Of a stretch of 64,000 nucleotides of DNA, positions 30,900 through 41,218 are shown piece after piece. Positions within the stretch are counted from its first letter, which is position 1. Every line of letters starts with the position of its first letter. The position numbers and the translations under genes were made by a program. The notes beneath the pieces are model-generated. The model was not told the origin of the DNA. It ran no database searches and saw only the letters and a program-made list of their open reading frames with translations. The stretch covers positions 1 to 64,000 of the IMG/VR virus record IMGVR_UViG_3300027816_000051. One strand, written 5' to 3'.

Positions 30900-32663
30900 A
30901 TGGGAGCATTATTAGAATCTGGTATGGTTGGTAACATTGGTCTTAAGCACCTACGTGTTATCAAAGAAGATACCATCAAAAAATGGGACGACTTAGGATT
31001 CCTTGAGGGTCTTAACGGTCACCAAAAAGACAACATCGCACAATTGTATGAAAACCAAGCTTCATACCTAATCAACGAATCGGCTGTGGCTGATGCTTCA
31101 GGTTCATTTGAAACTGTAGTATTCCCTATCATCCGTCGTGTTTTCTCTAAATTGTTAGCGAACGACATCGTATCTGTACAAGCAATGAACTTACCTATCG
31201 GTAAATTGTTCTACTTCGTACCTAAAATCCAAGACAGAACTGCAGGAGGTGCACACCGTCAACCATACGGTTTCCCTTCTTCTGAAACTGACCCAGCTGC
31301 CGGTTACACTGGTAACAACTTGTATGACCGTTTCTACGAAGCTGATGATTCAGTTGATTCTGGTTTGTTTGACTACTCAAAAGGTGCTTACACAACAATT
31401 ACTGGTGTAACATCTGAATTTGTTACTTTCAGTAACGGTGTTGCTTCAACTCAATCAGCTATCGCTTCAGGTACCTCAGTATCAAGTGTGATTGCTAAAA
31501 TTACAGGTTTCACAACTTACGAAGGTGCTGGTAAACTTGCGGGTCCTAACGGTCATGTTATGGATACTGAAGAGTTCTTAGCATCATTAACTGTTTATAC
31601 CCTATCAGGTCTTGATAGTTCATTGTATAGTCACTTAGGTGCTACAGTAGCTGCTAACATTCCTTTTAACGTAGTAACTCAAAAATACGGTAAAGGTATC
31701 GTTGAGTACGGTTCTAAAGACAGTGGTAGAACAGGTAAATATGCTAACATTTGTGACGCCGAAGGAGTTATCTACTTATCTATCGACTTACAAAAGTATA
31801 ACGGTACAACAACAGGTTTCACAAACTATACAGTTGCCGCTAATACATCATTAGCATCAACTGACATTAAGGTAAGTTGGAGAGAATATAGTTCATTAGA
31901 ATTCGAAGAAGAAATCGGTGAAGTATCTTTCGACCTTGAGTCAGTAACAGTTTCTGTAACTGAAAGAAAGTTGAGAGCTAGCTGGTCTCCTGAATTGGCA
32001 CAAGACGTAAGTGCATTCCACAACATCGATGCTGAAGCCGAATTGACAGCTTTATTGTCTGAGCAAATCGCAGCAGAAATCGACCGTGAAATCCTTCGTG
32101 ACCTTCGTAAAGGTGCGGCTTGGACAGCTAAGTGGGACTACAACGAATGGAGATACGGTAACAACGGTTCATCATTCGCTGGATACACTCAAAAAGATTG
32201 GAACCAAACTTTGGTTACCAAGATTAACCAAATCTCAGCTCAAATCCACAAAACTACCTTAAGAGGTGGAGCTAACTGGATTGTTGTATCTTCTGAGGTA
32301 TCTGCAGTATTTGATGACTTGGAATACTTCCACGTTTCAAACGCAAATCCTGAGCAAGACCAATACAACATGGGTATCGAGAAAATCGGTTCATTAGCAG
32401 GTCGTTACCAAGTGTTCAGAGACCCGTATTTACCAGCAGGTAAAATCATCATTGGACACAAAGGTAAATCATTGTTGGACGCTGGTTACATCTACGCACC
32501 ATACGTTCCATTACAATTGACACCTACAATGTACAATCCATTCAACTTTACACCAATCAAAGGTATCATGACCAGATACGCTAAGAAAATGGTTAACAAC
32601 CGTTACTTTGGTGTGGTAAACGTAAGTGGTTTGTCTACATTCAGTCTTGACACCTTGAGATAA
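30900..32663 (+). CDS. Major capsid protein (T4 gp23-like)
   Basis: PIIRRVF...DIVSVQAMNLP.G..F, RKLRASWSPELAQD..A.H.IDAEAEL, YAPYVPL, GIMTRY. Confidence 0.97.
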   Translation: MGALLESGMVGNIGLKHLRVIKEDTIKKWDDLGFLEGLNGHQKDNIAQLYENQASYLINESAVADASGSFETVVFPIIRRVFSKLLANDIVSVQAMNLPIGKLFYFVPKIQDRTAGGAHRQPYGFPSSETDPAAGYTGNNLYDRFYEADDSVDSGLFDYSKGAYTTITGVTSEFVTFSNGVASTQSAIASGTSVSSVIAKITGFTTYEGAGKLAGPNGHVMDTEEFLASLTVYTLSGLDSSLYSHLGATVAANIPFNVVTQKYGKGIVEYGSKDSGRTGKYANICDAEGVIYLSIDLQKYNGTTTGFTNYTVAANTSLASTDIKVSWREYSSLEFEEEIGEVSFDLESVTVSVTERKLRASWSPELAQDVSAFHNIDAEAELTALLSEQIAAEIDREILRDLRKGAAWTAKWDYNEWRYGNNGSSFAGYTQKDWNQTLVTKINQISAQIHKTTLRGGANWIVVSSEVSAVFDDLEYFHVSNANPEQDQYNMGIEKIGSLAGRYQVFRDPYLPAGKIIIGHKGKSLLDAGYIYAPYVPLQLTPTMYNPFNFTPIKGIMTRYAKKMVNNRYFGVVNVSGLSTFSLDTLR

Positions 32664-32683
32664 TTTTAAAAAATCTCATAATA

Positions 32684-32712
32684 GAAAGGGGGACATTAGT
32701 CCCCCTTTTTTA
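32684..32712 (+). terminator. Intrinsic terminator after capsid gene
   Basis: AAGGGGGAC-loop-GTCCCCCTT plus T run. Confidence 0.85.
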
Positions 32713-32741
32713 TTGCGGTGTTTTTTACGTATATTTGTAAT

Positions 32742-33095
32742 ATGGGAAAAATATCAAAAAAAGATATACAAAAAACCATCAATTCCAACGAACCGTTTGA
32801 TTATGAAAAATTAAGATTGGATGTATTAAAAGGTTTGATAGAAAGTAGGAATATTGAGTGTAAACAAACAAAAGATGAGATGGTTAAACATCTTACCATG
32901 GACGACCAAGGTAAGTACATTAGACCTGTCACATATCAAAAGGCACCTGACGGTAAATTTATTGTTGGTATTGATATTGGTGATTCAGATAATTGTAGAG
33001 AGATGGGTAAATTAGTAGAAAAGGGTCTCGCTGAAAATCTTAGATTATATTACGATAACAGAGTACATTTTATTTCAAACCAAAAATTAATATGA
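32742..33095 (+). CDS. Hypothetical protein (possible SAP/Rho-N-like helical motif)
   Basis: Start set at MGKISK after TATATTTG (32730); LKGLIESRNI...TKDEMVKHL. Confidence 0.7.
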   Translation: MGKISKKDIQKTINSNEPFDYEKLRLDVLKGLIESRNIECKQTKDEMVKHLTMDDQGKYIRPVTYQKAPDGKFIVGIDIGDSDNCREMGKLVEKGLAENLRLYYDNRVHFISNQKLI

Positions 33096-33532
33096 ATTGG
33101 ACAGATTATTTCTTAAACATTGCTGAACAGGTAAAATTAAAATCTAAAGACGAATCCACACAAATAGGTGCGGTAGTTGTTGGATTGGATAATGAGGTAC
33201 TTTCTACGGGTTATAATTCCTTTCCGAGAGGTTTAGATGACACAAAACAAGAACGTCAGGAAAGACCTGAAAAGTACTTTTGGTTTGAACATGCTGAACG
33301 TAACGCGATTTATAATGCAGCGAGAATAGGGGTATCTTTGAAGAATTCGAAAATTTATTTAACTTCAGGAATACCTTGTATGGACTGTGCTAGAGGTATA
33401 GTAAATAGTGGGATTAAAACTGTTTACTGTAAAGAGGTGTGTACCACAAAAAATAAGGAAAAGTGGGAAGAGTCTCAAAAGAAATCACTCCAACTTCTCC
33501 TCGAATGTGGGGTTGTTGTTAATTATTATTAA
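33092..33532 (+). CDS. dCMP deaminase
   Basis: SKD.STQIGA, GYNSFPRG, HAERNAI, PCMDCA. Confidence 0.95.
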   Translation: MNWTDYFLNIAEQVKLKSKDESTQIGAVVVGLDNEVLSTGYNSFPRGLDDTKQERQERPEKYFWFEHAERNAIYNAARIGVSLKNSKIYLTSGIPCMDCARGIVNSGIKTVYCKEVCTTKNKEKWEESQKKSLQLLLECGVVVNYY

Positions 33533-34561
33533 TTACCAAGTTTTACAAGCCCAATATCTCGCTTTCCATCTTGGTCCAGGATTATTACAATTGTGTCTGG
33601 CTCTAAATGATTTTCTTCTTTCGGGATTATTTTTTTTAATTCTCATTACTTTACCCTTAGCGGATTTGCCACCAAATCCAAAGTTTACTTTAACAACCTT
33701 TCCTTTATCGTTTTTAACGTAAACTTTAAATTTCTTTATATCACCTTGCATAATTTTACCAAGTTCTACCTTTCTTCCTTGGTATTCCGCCTCGTTTAAA
33801 ACGTTAATGACTTCATAATTAGTTTCTTCAATTGGACCATATTCGTTTTCGTAAATGAATGTAATTTCTTCATCTGATAAATCTATATAACCACTCAGAT
33901 ATAATTCTTTACATTCTTCTAATAATTGAAAAAAACTATCGGTACCTAATTTGTACACATTTTCTAATAATGATTTTTTTGAAGTAACATGATACTTCAA
34001 AGCGTTTGAAATTTCCACATTTTCAGTAATCAATTTTGGATATTGAATTGATTCTCGTATCAAAGATAAATCCAATTTAATATTGTTTTCCATATTTTCA
34101 TCAAATCTTGTCATTGTCGGTTTATTACCTTTACCAATTTTGGGCTCTTTTTTTTCTGCCCTTCTCTTTTGAGAAGTCATAGATTTTTTTTCTTTTTTAC
34201 TATATGAGGAAGCTATTTTTGGAGTTTCTTTTGAAACCTTTTTTTGTGGCCTACATTTTGGGTAACCCTTTCTACCTTCTTCACCGTTGGCAGATTTTCT
34301 ACCACAAGGTGGATGTTTACCATCAATCTTACGGGAAACATCGACCCATTTTTCTTTGAACCATCTGGATAAATCTTCTTTTATCACCTCACCAGATTCA
34401 ATAGATTCATTTACATAAGATAAATCTTCTTCACTAATATAAATCTTCATTGTGTACTTATCTGTATTATCATGACCACATTTATGACATGTATATGGGT
34501 CATCTCCACCATCAGATAGAGACCAATTCCAACCACATTCACAAACGATTTTTTTATCCAT
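33533..34561 (-). CDS. Multi-module hypothetical phage protein (Zn ribbon plus basic Cys/Trp modules)
   Basis: CECG..CHKC; RWFKEKWVD..CGR..YPKCRP; SFRARHNC..ARYWAC. Confidence 0.85.
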   Translation of the reverse strand: MDKKIVCECGWNWSLSDGGDDPYTCHKCGHDNTDKYTMKIYISEEDLSYVNESIESGEVIKEDLSRWFKEKWVDVSRKIDGKHPPCGRKSANGEEGRKGYPKCRPQKKVSKETPKIASSYSKKEKKSMTSQKRRAEKKEPKIGKGNKPTMTRFDENMENNIKLDLSLIRESIQYPKLITENVEISNALKYHVTSKKSLLENVYKLGTDSFFQLLEECKELYLSGYIDLSDEEITFIYENEYGPIEETNYEVINVLNEAEYQGRKVELGKIMQGDIKKFKVYVKNDKGKVVKVNFGFGGKSAKGKVMRIKKNNPERRKSFRARHNCNNPGPRWKARYWACKTW

Positions 34562-34992
34562 TATTTTTTACCTGAACAATATGAGCCAGAACATTTTTTC
34601 TTTCCGTCGAGACCTTTTATTTTACCTTTACAAACTTGAACAGCGTATCCATTTGCGTATGCACTTGGATAAACTTTAAATTTTGATTTAGCGGCCGATA
34701 CACCTCTTGCACATAATTTGTTTGATTTTGCCTCGTTTATTGATTCTTTGGTTGTGTTCATCATAAAATCAAAAACTTGGTCAATATTTTCTTTTGCAAC
34801 TGCGACATGGTCGTCAGCCCAATCGTGACCATTTTGTATAATAGATTCAACCACAGATGGGTCTAATTCCAACAACATTTGACACTGTCTATGTAATTGT
34901 TTTAAGTTACTGAAAAACATATAGTTTTCAGTGATATTACCATCTTTGAAACTATCAAGTTGGTTTTTGATTAAATTATCTAAATTATCCAT
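34561..34992 (-). CDS. Hypothetical phage protein
   Basis: TATTTATA at 34996; C-terminal KLCARG..KFKVYPSAYANGYA basic module. Confidence 0.85.
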   Translation of the reverse strand: MDNLDNLIKNQLDSFKDGNITENYMFFSNLKQLHRQCQMLLELDPSVVESIIQNGHDWADDHVAVAKENIDQVFDFMMNTTKESINEAKSNKLCARGVSAAKSKFKVYPSAYANGYAVQVCKGKIKGLDGKKKCSGSYCSGKK

Positions 34993-35006
34993 AGTTATAA
35001 ATATTT

Positions 35007-36380
35007 TTAAATCTCTGATAATATTTCAAACTTCACGTAGTCATTGTAAAATATTTCCTCAGTATATGTCTTGGATTTAAACTCCATAAAGTATTCTCTT
35101 GGAATCATGTAGGATGTATCCAAATAGAAAGAGTTTTCGTTTGTCACATCAACCTTTGTCCAATCGTAAACAATTACATTTGTTTTACCTTCTTTTATAA
35201 AGATTCGGTAATAAACTTCATCAAACAATATTGTTTTTGACTGTTCAATAGATTTGAGATAAAGTACAATTTTCTTTAATTCACCTCTTATTATTTTTTC
35301 GTTCTGTTTTATGCCTGAGAACTGAATTTTGTAGTTTTGAGTTTCAGTTGGGTTCGTACCAATACTATATCCTGATGTGTATGGTTTTGGTACAAATTTT
35401 TGAGTAACGTCACTTACGGATATACCGTCAACTGATAGTCCTTTCCATTTATCATAGAAAAATCTTTTACCGTCACATAGTTGTCCTGTCAATCCAAATC
35501 TAACTTTGTATACCCCTTTTCTAACTCTTGTTGTTGTAAGACCTGTGAGACCTGAAATTGGGGTACTACTTGAGTTGAGAATGTCAACGGTTGGGTTGCT
35601 TGTTAAATTGTAATAATTAGAACCTTTTGTTACATACAAATAAAGGTTATTGTACCTCTCTTCTATAAAATTGTGTCGGTTATCATCAATTCTATCATCA
35701 AAAGTTGATTCAACAAATGGTTCAAAAAAAGTTTGTGTATATTTTGAGAAGAATGCAACAGATTGTTGTGTTTCACCAGTCGTGATTGTTTCGTAAGCTG
35801 ATGTAAATGCTAAACCCAATCCGTGGTCGGTGTTTCCTGATACAATAATACCATTTACATAATTCGTGATATCAACGTCAATGTCTTCATTACCATTATT
35901 AAAATGGATTGTACTTAAGACGGTTGCACCTGTATAAATACCCGGATACGTCCATCCTGAAGTGGTTGTCCTGTCGTACCAATTAGATGGTCTTGTATCG
36001 TACAATTTGTTTCCTAAACTATCGTCATATGTTGTGAATTCGTAATCGTATCCAACACCCTCATCCCAAGATTGTGGTATAGAAAATAATATTAAATCAA
36101 AAGAAGTTGCACGGTCTTTTCCGTTAGATTTACTGTCCCCTATTAATTTAGGGTCACCAACGACCGTGTTAGTCATTTTAAGATGATGAGTAGTTCCTGT
36201 GGTGATAACTAAATCACCATTAGATATTTTACTTTGTAAATCTGTAAAATCAACTTTAAATATGAATCTGGAAAACCCATCCCCATAATAAATCTCAGTT
36301 GTTGGATTTTTTGCGGTGTTGACCCTACTATTTTCTATGATAGTATTGTTCTTTGAAAAATATGAGCGATAGTACGACAT
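35007..36380 (-). CDS. Probable virion structural protein (beta-rich)
   Basis: Late motif at 36392; Thr/Gly/Tyr-rich composition. Confidence 0.65.
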   Translation of the reverse strand: MSYYRSYFSKNNTIIENSRVNTAKNPTTEIYYGDGFSRFIFKVDFTDLQSKISNGDLVITTGTTHHLKMTNTVVGDPKLIGDSKSNGKDRATSFDLILFSIPQSWDEGVGYDYEFTTYDDSLGNKLYDTRPSNWYDRTTTSGWTYPGIYTGATVLSTIHFNNGNEDIDVDITNYVNGIIVSGNTDHGLGLAFTSAYETITTGETQQSVAFFSKYTQTFFEPFVESTFDDRIDDNRHNFIEERYNNLYLYVTKGSNYYNLTSNPTVDILNSSSTPISGLTGLTTTRVRKGVYKVRFGLTGQLCDGKRFFYDKWKGLSVDGISVSDVTQKFVPKPYTSGYSIGTNPTETQNYKIQFSGIKQNEKIIRGELKKIVLYLKSIEQSKTILFDEVYYRIFIKEGKTNVIVYDWTKVDVTNENSFYLDTSYMIPREYFMEFKSKTYTEEIFYNDYVKFEILSEI

Positions 36381-36404
36381 TCCTTTTATAGTATAAATAT
36401 CGTT

Positions 36405-37964
36405 TTAGTTGATTTTAATAGATTTATTTGTTAACTCATCCCTTAATTTATTATATAGTATTTCCAATTTTGCGTGGTCAGAGTATCCATTTTTAACATA
36501 CTCTTTATTGATATTGTGAACATGACCAGTTAAAACATTGTAAAGAGCGTCAATAAAATCTAATAGTATTTCACCTCTAACTAAAGAATATGTGTTTGGT
36601 TCTATCTTTTCAATATAATCAGACTGTTCATATTCATAAGTGTTTAAAACAGGGAAATCAATTTTCTTATCAGTAAAATTGGTATCCGTTGAAAGTAAAT
36701 AAATTTTATCCGCGGTTATATTTCCAAAAGTTTGTTCAAAAGACGTGGTATCTGTTTTTAAAACTTTTACCGTTCTGTCTACTGTTCTTGTGTTAGGATT
36801 TACTTTGTCTTTACTATAAACCAAACTAGATTTAGATGTTGAACCCGGTAATTTAATGTTATTAAATAACGTTAATCTATCAGATTGTTCTGTTGTAGTA
36901 ACACTTCGGTTTTCAAATTCACTTGTTGGTCTATAAAAAAACGGATAGATGTTAGAATCTGATTGTGTAACTATTAAATCAGTCAAAATTTTAAATGAAA
37001 CAATACCATTAAATCCATTACTTTGAATTTGAGTTAATTTGTTTCTAATTTCTTGGTAAATTAATTTTATTTTATTTGTTAATGTTGACCCACTATAATC
37101 TGTTATTGTGTTTAACTCACTTCTAAAAGTATATGTGTTACCCGACTCGTATAAAAATACGGATTCACCAGCCAATATTTGTGTTGATTCAGTAAAGTTA
37201 CTTGAATTGTACTTTTTTGTTACATTTGGTTTTATTTGGTACAAATAAAAATTTACATAGTTTGGATTTGAAAGATTATCAACATCGTATTCTATTATGA
37301 ATTTTAAATTTGAATTTTCAGTGATACTTTCTTTTTTTGTCTCTTCTGTTACAAATTGTTTTGGTCCGAATTTTTTTAAATGAAGTTTTGCAACTTTATC
37401 GGAAACAATCGGAAATCCTTTTGTTAGGAGTTCTCTGTTTTGGTCACTGGTAACATCCTTTTGAACTAATTTACCACCTCTTAACACTAATCCGTCTTGT
37501 GTGAATAGAGCATCAGAGCCGTATTTTCCACCAACAGAGTAGTCTTTATATTTTGATAATGCATTTTTACAATTTTCGGGTAGTGTACCTTCTTCATTTT
37601 TTATAATATCCACTTTATCCTCCACAGATACACCATATGATGTTAAAGATATTTGGGTGTTAAATTCTTGAGAATTAAAATCGTACCTTGTTGAGAATGG
37701 TCCAGCGATGTATTCTTGGTTTACTGTTGTTTTATTCGTATCATAACGAATTATTTTTACCGCTTGTTTAAATTCAGGTATAAAATTTATGTTGTTAGGT
37801 AAAAATGGTGCAGCAACAAAAGGGTCATCCTTACTCCAATGTTGTATACCCTCTTTAATGTTTGATTTACCACCAATATAATCATCATAATCAACTACAC
37901 GAATTCTACCTAACCCTTTAGGGTCGTTATTATCTAAACAAACACCAATGTCAACTATTTTCAT
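36405..37964 (-). CDS. Baseplate hub/spike protein (gp5/VgrG-like OB-fold N-terminus)
   Basis: IGVCLDNNDPKGLGRIRV...WS...P..P..F.P N-terminus; HVH near C-terminus. Confidence 0.7.
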   Translation of the reverse strand: MKIVDIGVCLDNNDPKGLGRIRVVDYDDYIGGKSNIKEGIQHWSKDDPFVAAPFLPNNINFIPEFKQAVKIIRYDTNKTTVNQEYIAGPFSTRYDFNSQEFNTQISLTSYGVSVEDKVDIIKNEEGTLPENCKNALSKYKDYSVGGKYGSDALFTQDGLVLRGGKLVQKDVTSDQNRELLTKGFPIVSDKVAKLHLKKFGPKQFVTEETKKESITENSNLKFIIEYDVDNLSNPNYVNFYLYQIKPNVTKKYNSSNFTESTQILAGESVFLYESGNTYTFRSELNTITDYSGSTLTNKIKLIYQEIRNKLTQIQSNGFNGIVSFKILTDLIVTQSDSNIYPFFYRPTSEFENRSVTTTEQSDRLTLFNNIKLPGSTSKSSLVYSKDKVNPNTRTVDRTVKVLKTDTTSFEQTFGNITADKIYLLSTDTNFTDKKIDFPVLNTYEYEQSDYIEKIEPNTYSLVRGEILLDFIDALYNVLTGHVHNINKEYVKNGYSDHAKLEILYNKLRDELTNKSIKIN

Positions 37965-38161
37965 TATATTTTTCTATTTTCAATCTCTGTTGTTATCGTT
38001 TCATGTAGATTCTCAATAAACTCTAATTTTTTTGTCAATTCAACGATGTATAATTTTAATTCCTCGTGTTGTTTAAAAAGAAACTCCTCAGCATCAAATA
38101 AATCTTTATTTGATTTATCTTTAGCATTTTCTACAATGTTTTGTAATTTTTCAATATTCAT
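37964..38161 (-). CDS. Small coiled-coil hypothetical protein
   Basis: Coupled ORF. Confidence 0.7.
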   Translation of the reverse strand: MNIEKLQNIVENAKDKSNKDLFDAEEFLFKQHEELKLYIVELTKKLEFIENLHETITTEIENRKI

Positions 38162-38162
38162 A

Positions 38163-40121
38163 TTATTGTTTTTTACCTACGCCCGTTATAAAACCAGGTG
38201 GTATTACCGCCCCCCCTGCAAGTGGCGGTCCGGGTAACGTCCCACCTTTTAATACAATTTTTACAAATGAATTAGCGTCTTCTTCTTCGGTGTACCCATC
38301 AACAACAGATTTTACCAAATTACCTATGTCATTTGATTCACCATATAGTGGCCCTGTTGGTACTCCCGCAGCTTCTAGTTTATTCATAATGTTCATAAAC
38401 GCCCTGTCTTGACTAAATCCGGGTAATGAATCTGAGAATAATAAAAGAATTGACGGTATTGTTATTGGTGCTTTTTGTGATAACGCAGCTTCAATTGTTG
38501 ACAAAATTGTTTGAAACAAGTCATAACAATTATTAATTTCTGTTTCTAAAGCTTTTCTCAATAACGCAATTAATGATGTAATAATTAGTAGATATCTTTT
38601 ATACTTATTTTTAATAATTCTTTGTACAATACTTTGAATAAAAGCCAATAAATCTACTTTTATCAATCTCCAAAATTCTCTTATAAATAACCAAAATAAA
38701 TCTTTAATTATTGCACCTATAGCTTTGTAGAATTTCTTGGCTAGTTCTTTACTATTTAAATACACATTAGTCAATCCGGTTTTAAATATTTTATACAATA
38801 CTATAATTGGTAAAAATATTTTAGCCGATAAAATTGACATTACCAAAGCCTTCGGTAAACTTATAATAAAATTGTTTAATAGGTTATTTAAAAATGCACT
38901 AATATCAAAAGAAGAATCAGATTGTGATAAAGCGTCTTTGGATAAATTTTCTAAAGTTTTATCAACCGCTTTATCTACACTCTGATTGTTTGTTAAGTAA
39001 ATGAAATCTTCCACGTGCATATCATCCACAGGAATTTCAAAATTATAACAGTCTTTAAACCTTAATACTCTTTTAAATCTATTTTGTTCGTCATCTAAGT
39101 CAATACCTTCTACATCGTCGAAATCAAAATAAAATTCAATATCTTGGTCGTTTTCACTAAACATATCAACCGGTGTCTGATTCTTTAACTCATCTTTTTG
39201 AGTATTTGAACCACACACTTTGAATAATTTATCAATTAGTCTTAGAGATTTATTTAATGATACAGTAAATTTACTTGAGTCACTACAACTTGAACCACCT
39301 TGTATAGTTAACATCATAGCGGTCTTCATAATATCTTCAATATCAGGAAATTCCAAAGACTCATAATAATCTTTGATGAAGTCTTGTACTTTGGTTGTAC
39401 CCGTTGTACCTTGAGTTAATCCTGTGATTAAAAATTGTTGTGTTGAAGCACTCCATTGAGTACTAAATAGGTTTTTACCATTGTTTGATGAGTAAGTGTA
39501 TAAACCTCCTGAAGACATTAAATCATAAAATTTTCTATTCGCCTTTTGTTTGTTTTTATCCGGTGACTTTTTCTCATAAATTAATTGACCACAATCTGAA
39601 TCGGGGTCAATTGTAAAAATATCTAAAAAGTCAAATTCATCGGGTTTTAAAACTATTGAATCTATGTTAAAAACAGACTGACTGCCACAAATTCCATCAC
39701 CCATAAAAAGAGCTTCAGAAAAGTGTTTAATTGCTATTTGTTTTGCAGATTGTAAAGTTGTTTTTGCGGAAGAAACCGCATAACGTTTTATTTTTCCTTT
39801 TACAAGATTCTTATCAACGTTGACAGGTACACTGTCACTTTTTGTTGGTGTAGTATCGGTTTTTGTTTTTTTGTTACTGGTAATAAATTGTTCTGTAATT
39901 TCTAACAATTCTTTAAAGATGTCTTTATTATTTTCTACCTTGGATTTTAATTTGTTTTTTAAGTCCGCACTTTTTTTAGAAAATAACTCGTTTGGGTCCG
40001 GTATGTTTTTTTGATAAGAGTCAGCAACAGAACCCAATGAACCTTTTGGGTCGTCATTAATTTTTTTTATCGCCTCAATCGAAGCTTGAAGTTTTTTTTT
40101 GGGTTCTTTTGAATTAGCCAT
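38163..40121 (-). CDS. Hypothetical protein (652 aa), possibly baseplate-associated
   Basis: Long ORF in late operon. Confidence 0.8.
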   Translation of the reverse strand: MANSKEPKKKLQASIEAIKKINDDPKGSLGSVADSYQKNIPDPNELFSKKSADLKNKLKSKVENNKDIFKELLEITEQFITSNKKTKTDTTPTKSDSVPVNVDKNLVKGKIKRYAVSSAKTTLQSAKQIAIKHFSEALFMGDGICGSQSVFNIDSIVLKPDEFDFLDIFTIDPDSDCGQLIYEKKSPDKNKQKANRKFYDLMSSGGLYTYSSNNGKNLFSTQWSASTQQFLITGLTQGTTGTTKVQDFIKDYYESLEFPDIEDIMKTAMMLTIQGGSSCSDSSKFTVSLNKSLRLIDKLFKVCGSNTQKDELKNQTPVDMFSENDQDIEFYFDFDDVEGIDLDDEQNRFKRVLRFKDCYNFEIPVDDMHVEDFIYLTNNQSVDKAVDKTLENLSKDALSQSDSSFDISAFLNNLLNNFIISLPKALVMSILSAKIFLPIIVLYKIFKTGLTNVYLNSKELAKKFYKAIGAIIKDLFWLFIREFWRLIKVDLLAFIQSIVQRIIKNKYKRYLLIITSLIALLRKALETEINNCYDLFQTILSTIEAALSQKAPITIPSILLLFSDSLPGFSQDRAFMNIMNKLEAAGVPTGPLYGESNDIGNLVKSVVDGYTEEEDANSFVKIVLKGGTLPGPPLAGGAVIPPGFITGVGKKQ

Positions 40122-40495
40122 TAGTCTCTATATGTTCCTGACGACTCTCCCTCAGTATCATTCATCAGTTTTTCCAATATGACCCTATCTTCATCAGTAA
40201 GTTGTAATTTACCTCCACTTGAATTAGGTCCACTTCCTTGAGTTTGTTTTAATAAAGCACCTTGGAGTTTAACTAACGAAATCTTCTTTTCAGTACAATC
40301 GTTTAGTATTTTTTGTTGTTCTTTAATGACGGGACCAATAACACTCATGTCTTCAGCGTCTTTCATAAATGTTAACATTTTTTTAGTTATCATCGACGCG
40401 GTATTTTTCTGTTCAACAATATCATTGTAGATTTCTTGCATTAATGCCAATGCTGAGTCGGTGTCTAATGATATTATGTTTTTCTTTTCCCTCAT
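40121..40495 (-). CDS. Hypothetical protein
   Basis: TATTTATA at 40500. Confidence 0.8.
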   Translation of the reverse strand: MREKKNIISLDTDSALALMQEIYNDIVEQKNTASMITKKMLTFMKDAEDMSVIGPVIKEQQKILNDCTEKKISLVKLQGALLKQTQGSGPNSSGGKLQLTDEDRVILEKLMNDTEGESSGTYRD

Positions 40496-40516
40496 AATAT
40501 ATAAATAGAGAAATAG

Positions 40517-41215
40517 TTAATTTATGAATCCTACCATGATTCCTTCGTAAACTTTTTTATATCTCTTTAAAGAAAGTCTAATTTCTTTTGTGGATAATGA
40601 AGTCATTTCTCTTAGTGACAAAAGAATTAAATTTTTATTGAATTTATTTCCCTCACCCACTTGAAATATTTTTTCAAAGTTGCTAAAAATCTCAATCAAT
40701 GCATATCCTAATTTTTGTTCATTATCATTCAACTCTTCGACCTCCATAAAAGTTTCCAATTCAATTATAAATTTTATTATAACATCTTTATAATCAATAT
40801 GATATTCATCAATTGAGTATGAGTGTTCCGCACTTTCTTCTAAATCAGATGATATGTCATCATATGAGACACTTCGATTCATTTCCTTAGTGTCTTTTTG
40901 AATAGCACCCATCAAATAATTTTTACAGATGGTCCCAAAATAAGAATAAGCTTTATGGTTTTTGGTGTGGTCGAATTTGTTAATTTTTGTCATAAGAAAC
41001 GACATTGTATCTGCGTGTATGTCCACAAATTCAAAGTCTTTTCTATACAATTTATAACGTCGAATTATACTTTCGACCATTATTGTGAGAGGTTCTCTTA
41101 AATATTCGTTGAATATCTTATTCTTTTCTGTATCGGATTCGGATTCTAGGTATCTTACAACCGCTTGTTCTTGCTCCTCCCCAAAATATATTTTTTGGGT
41201 TCGTTTACGCGGCAT
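40517..41215 (-). CDS. Phage sigma factor (T4 gp55-like late sigma)
   Basis: KINKFDHTKNHKAYSYFGTICKNYL parallels the gp55/sigma region-2 NFD..K....AYF pattern. Confidence 0.75.
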   Translation of the reverse strand: MPRKRTQKIYFGEEQEQAVVRYLESESDTEKNKIFNEYLREPLTIMVESIIRRYKLYRKDFEFVDIHADTMSFLMTKINKFDHTKNHKAYSYFGTICKNYLMGAIQKDTKEMNRSVSYDDISSDLEESAEHSYSIDEYHIDYKDVIIKFIIELETFMEVEELNDNEQKLGYALIEIFSNFEKIFQVGEGNKFNKNLILLSLREMTSLSTKEIRLSLKRYKKVYEGIMVGFIN

Positions 41216-41218
41216 ATA

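Noticed and set aside
31250-31900. Long Thr-rich insertion in the major capsid protein
   Set aside because: Variable surface insertions at this position are usual in gp23-family capsids; nothing specific recognised
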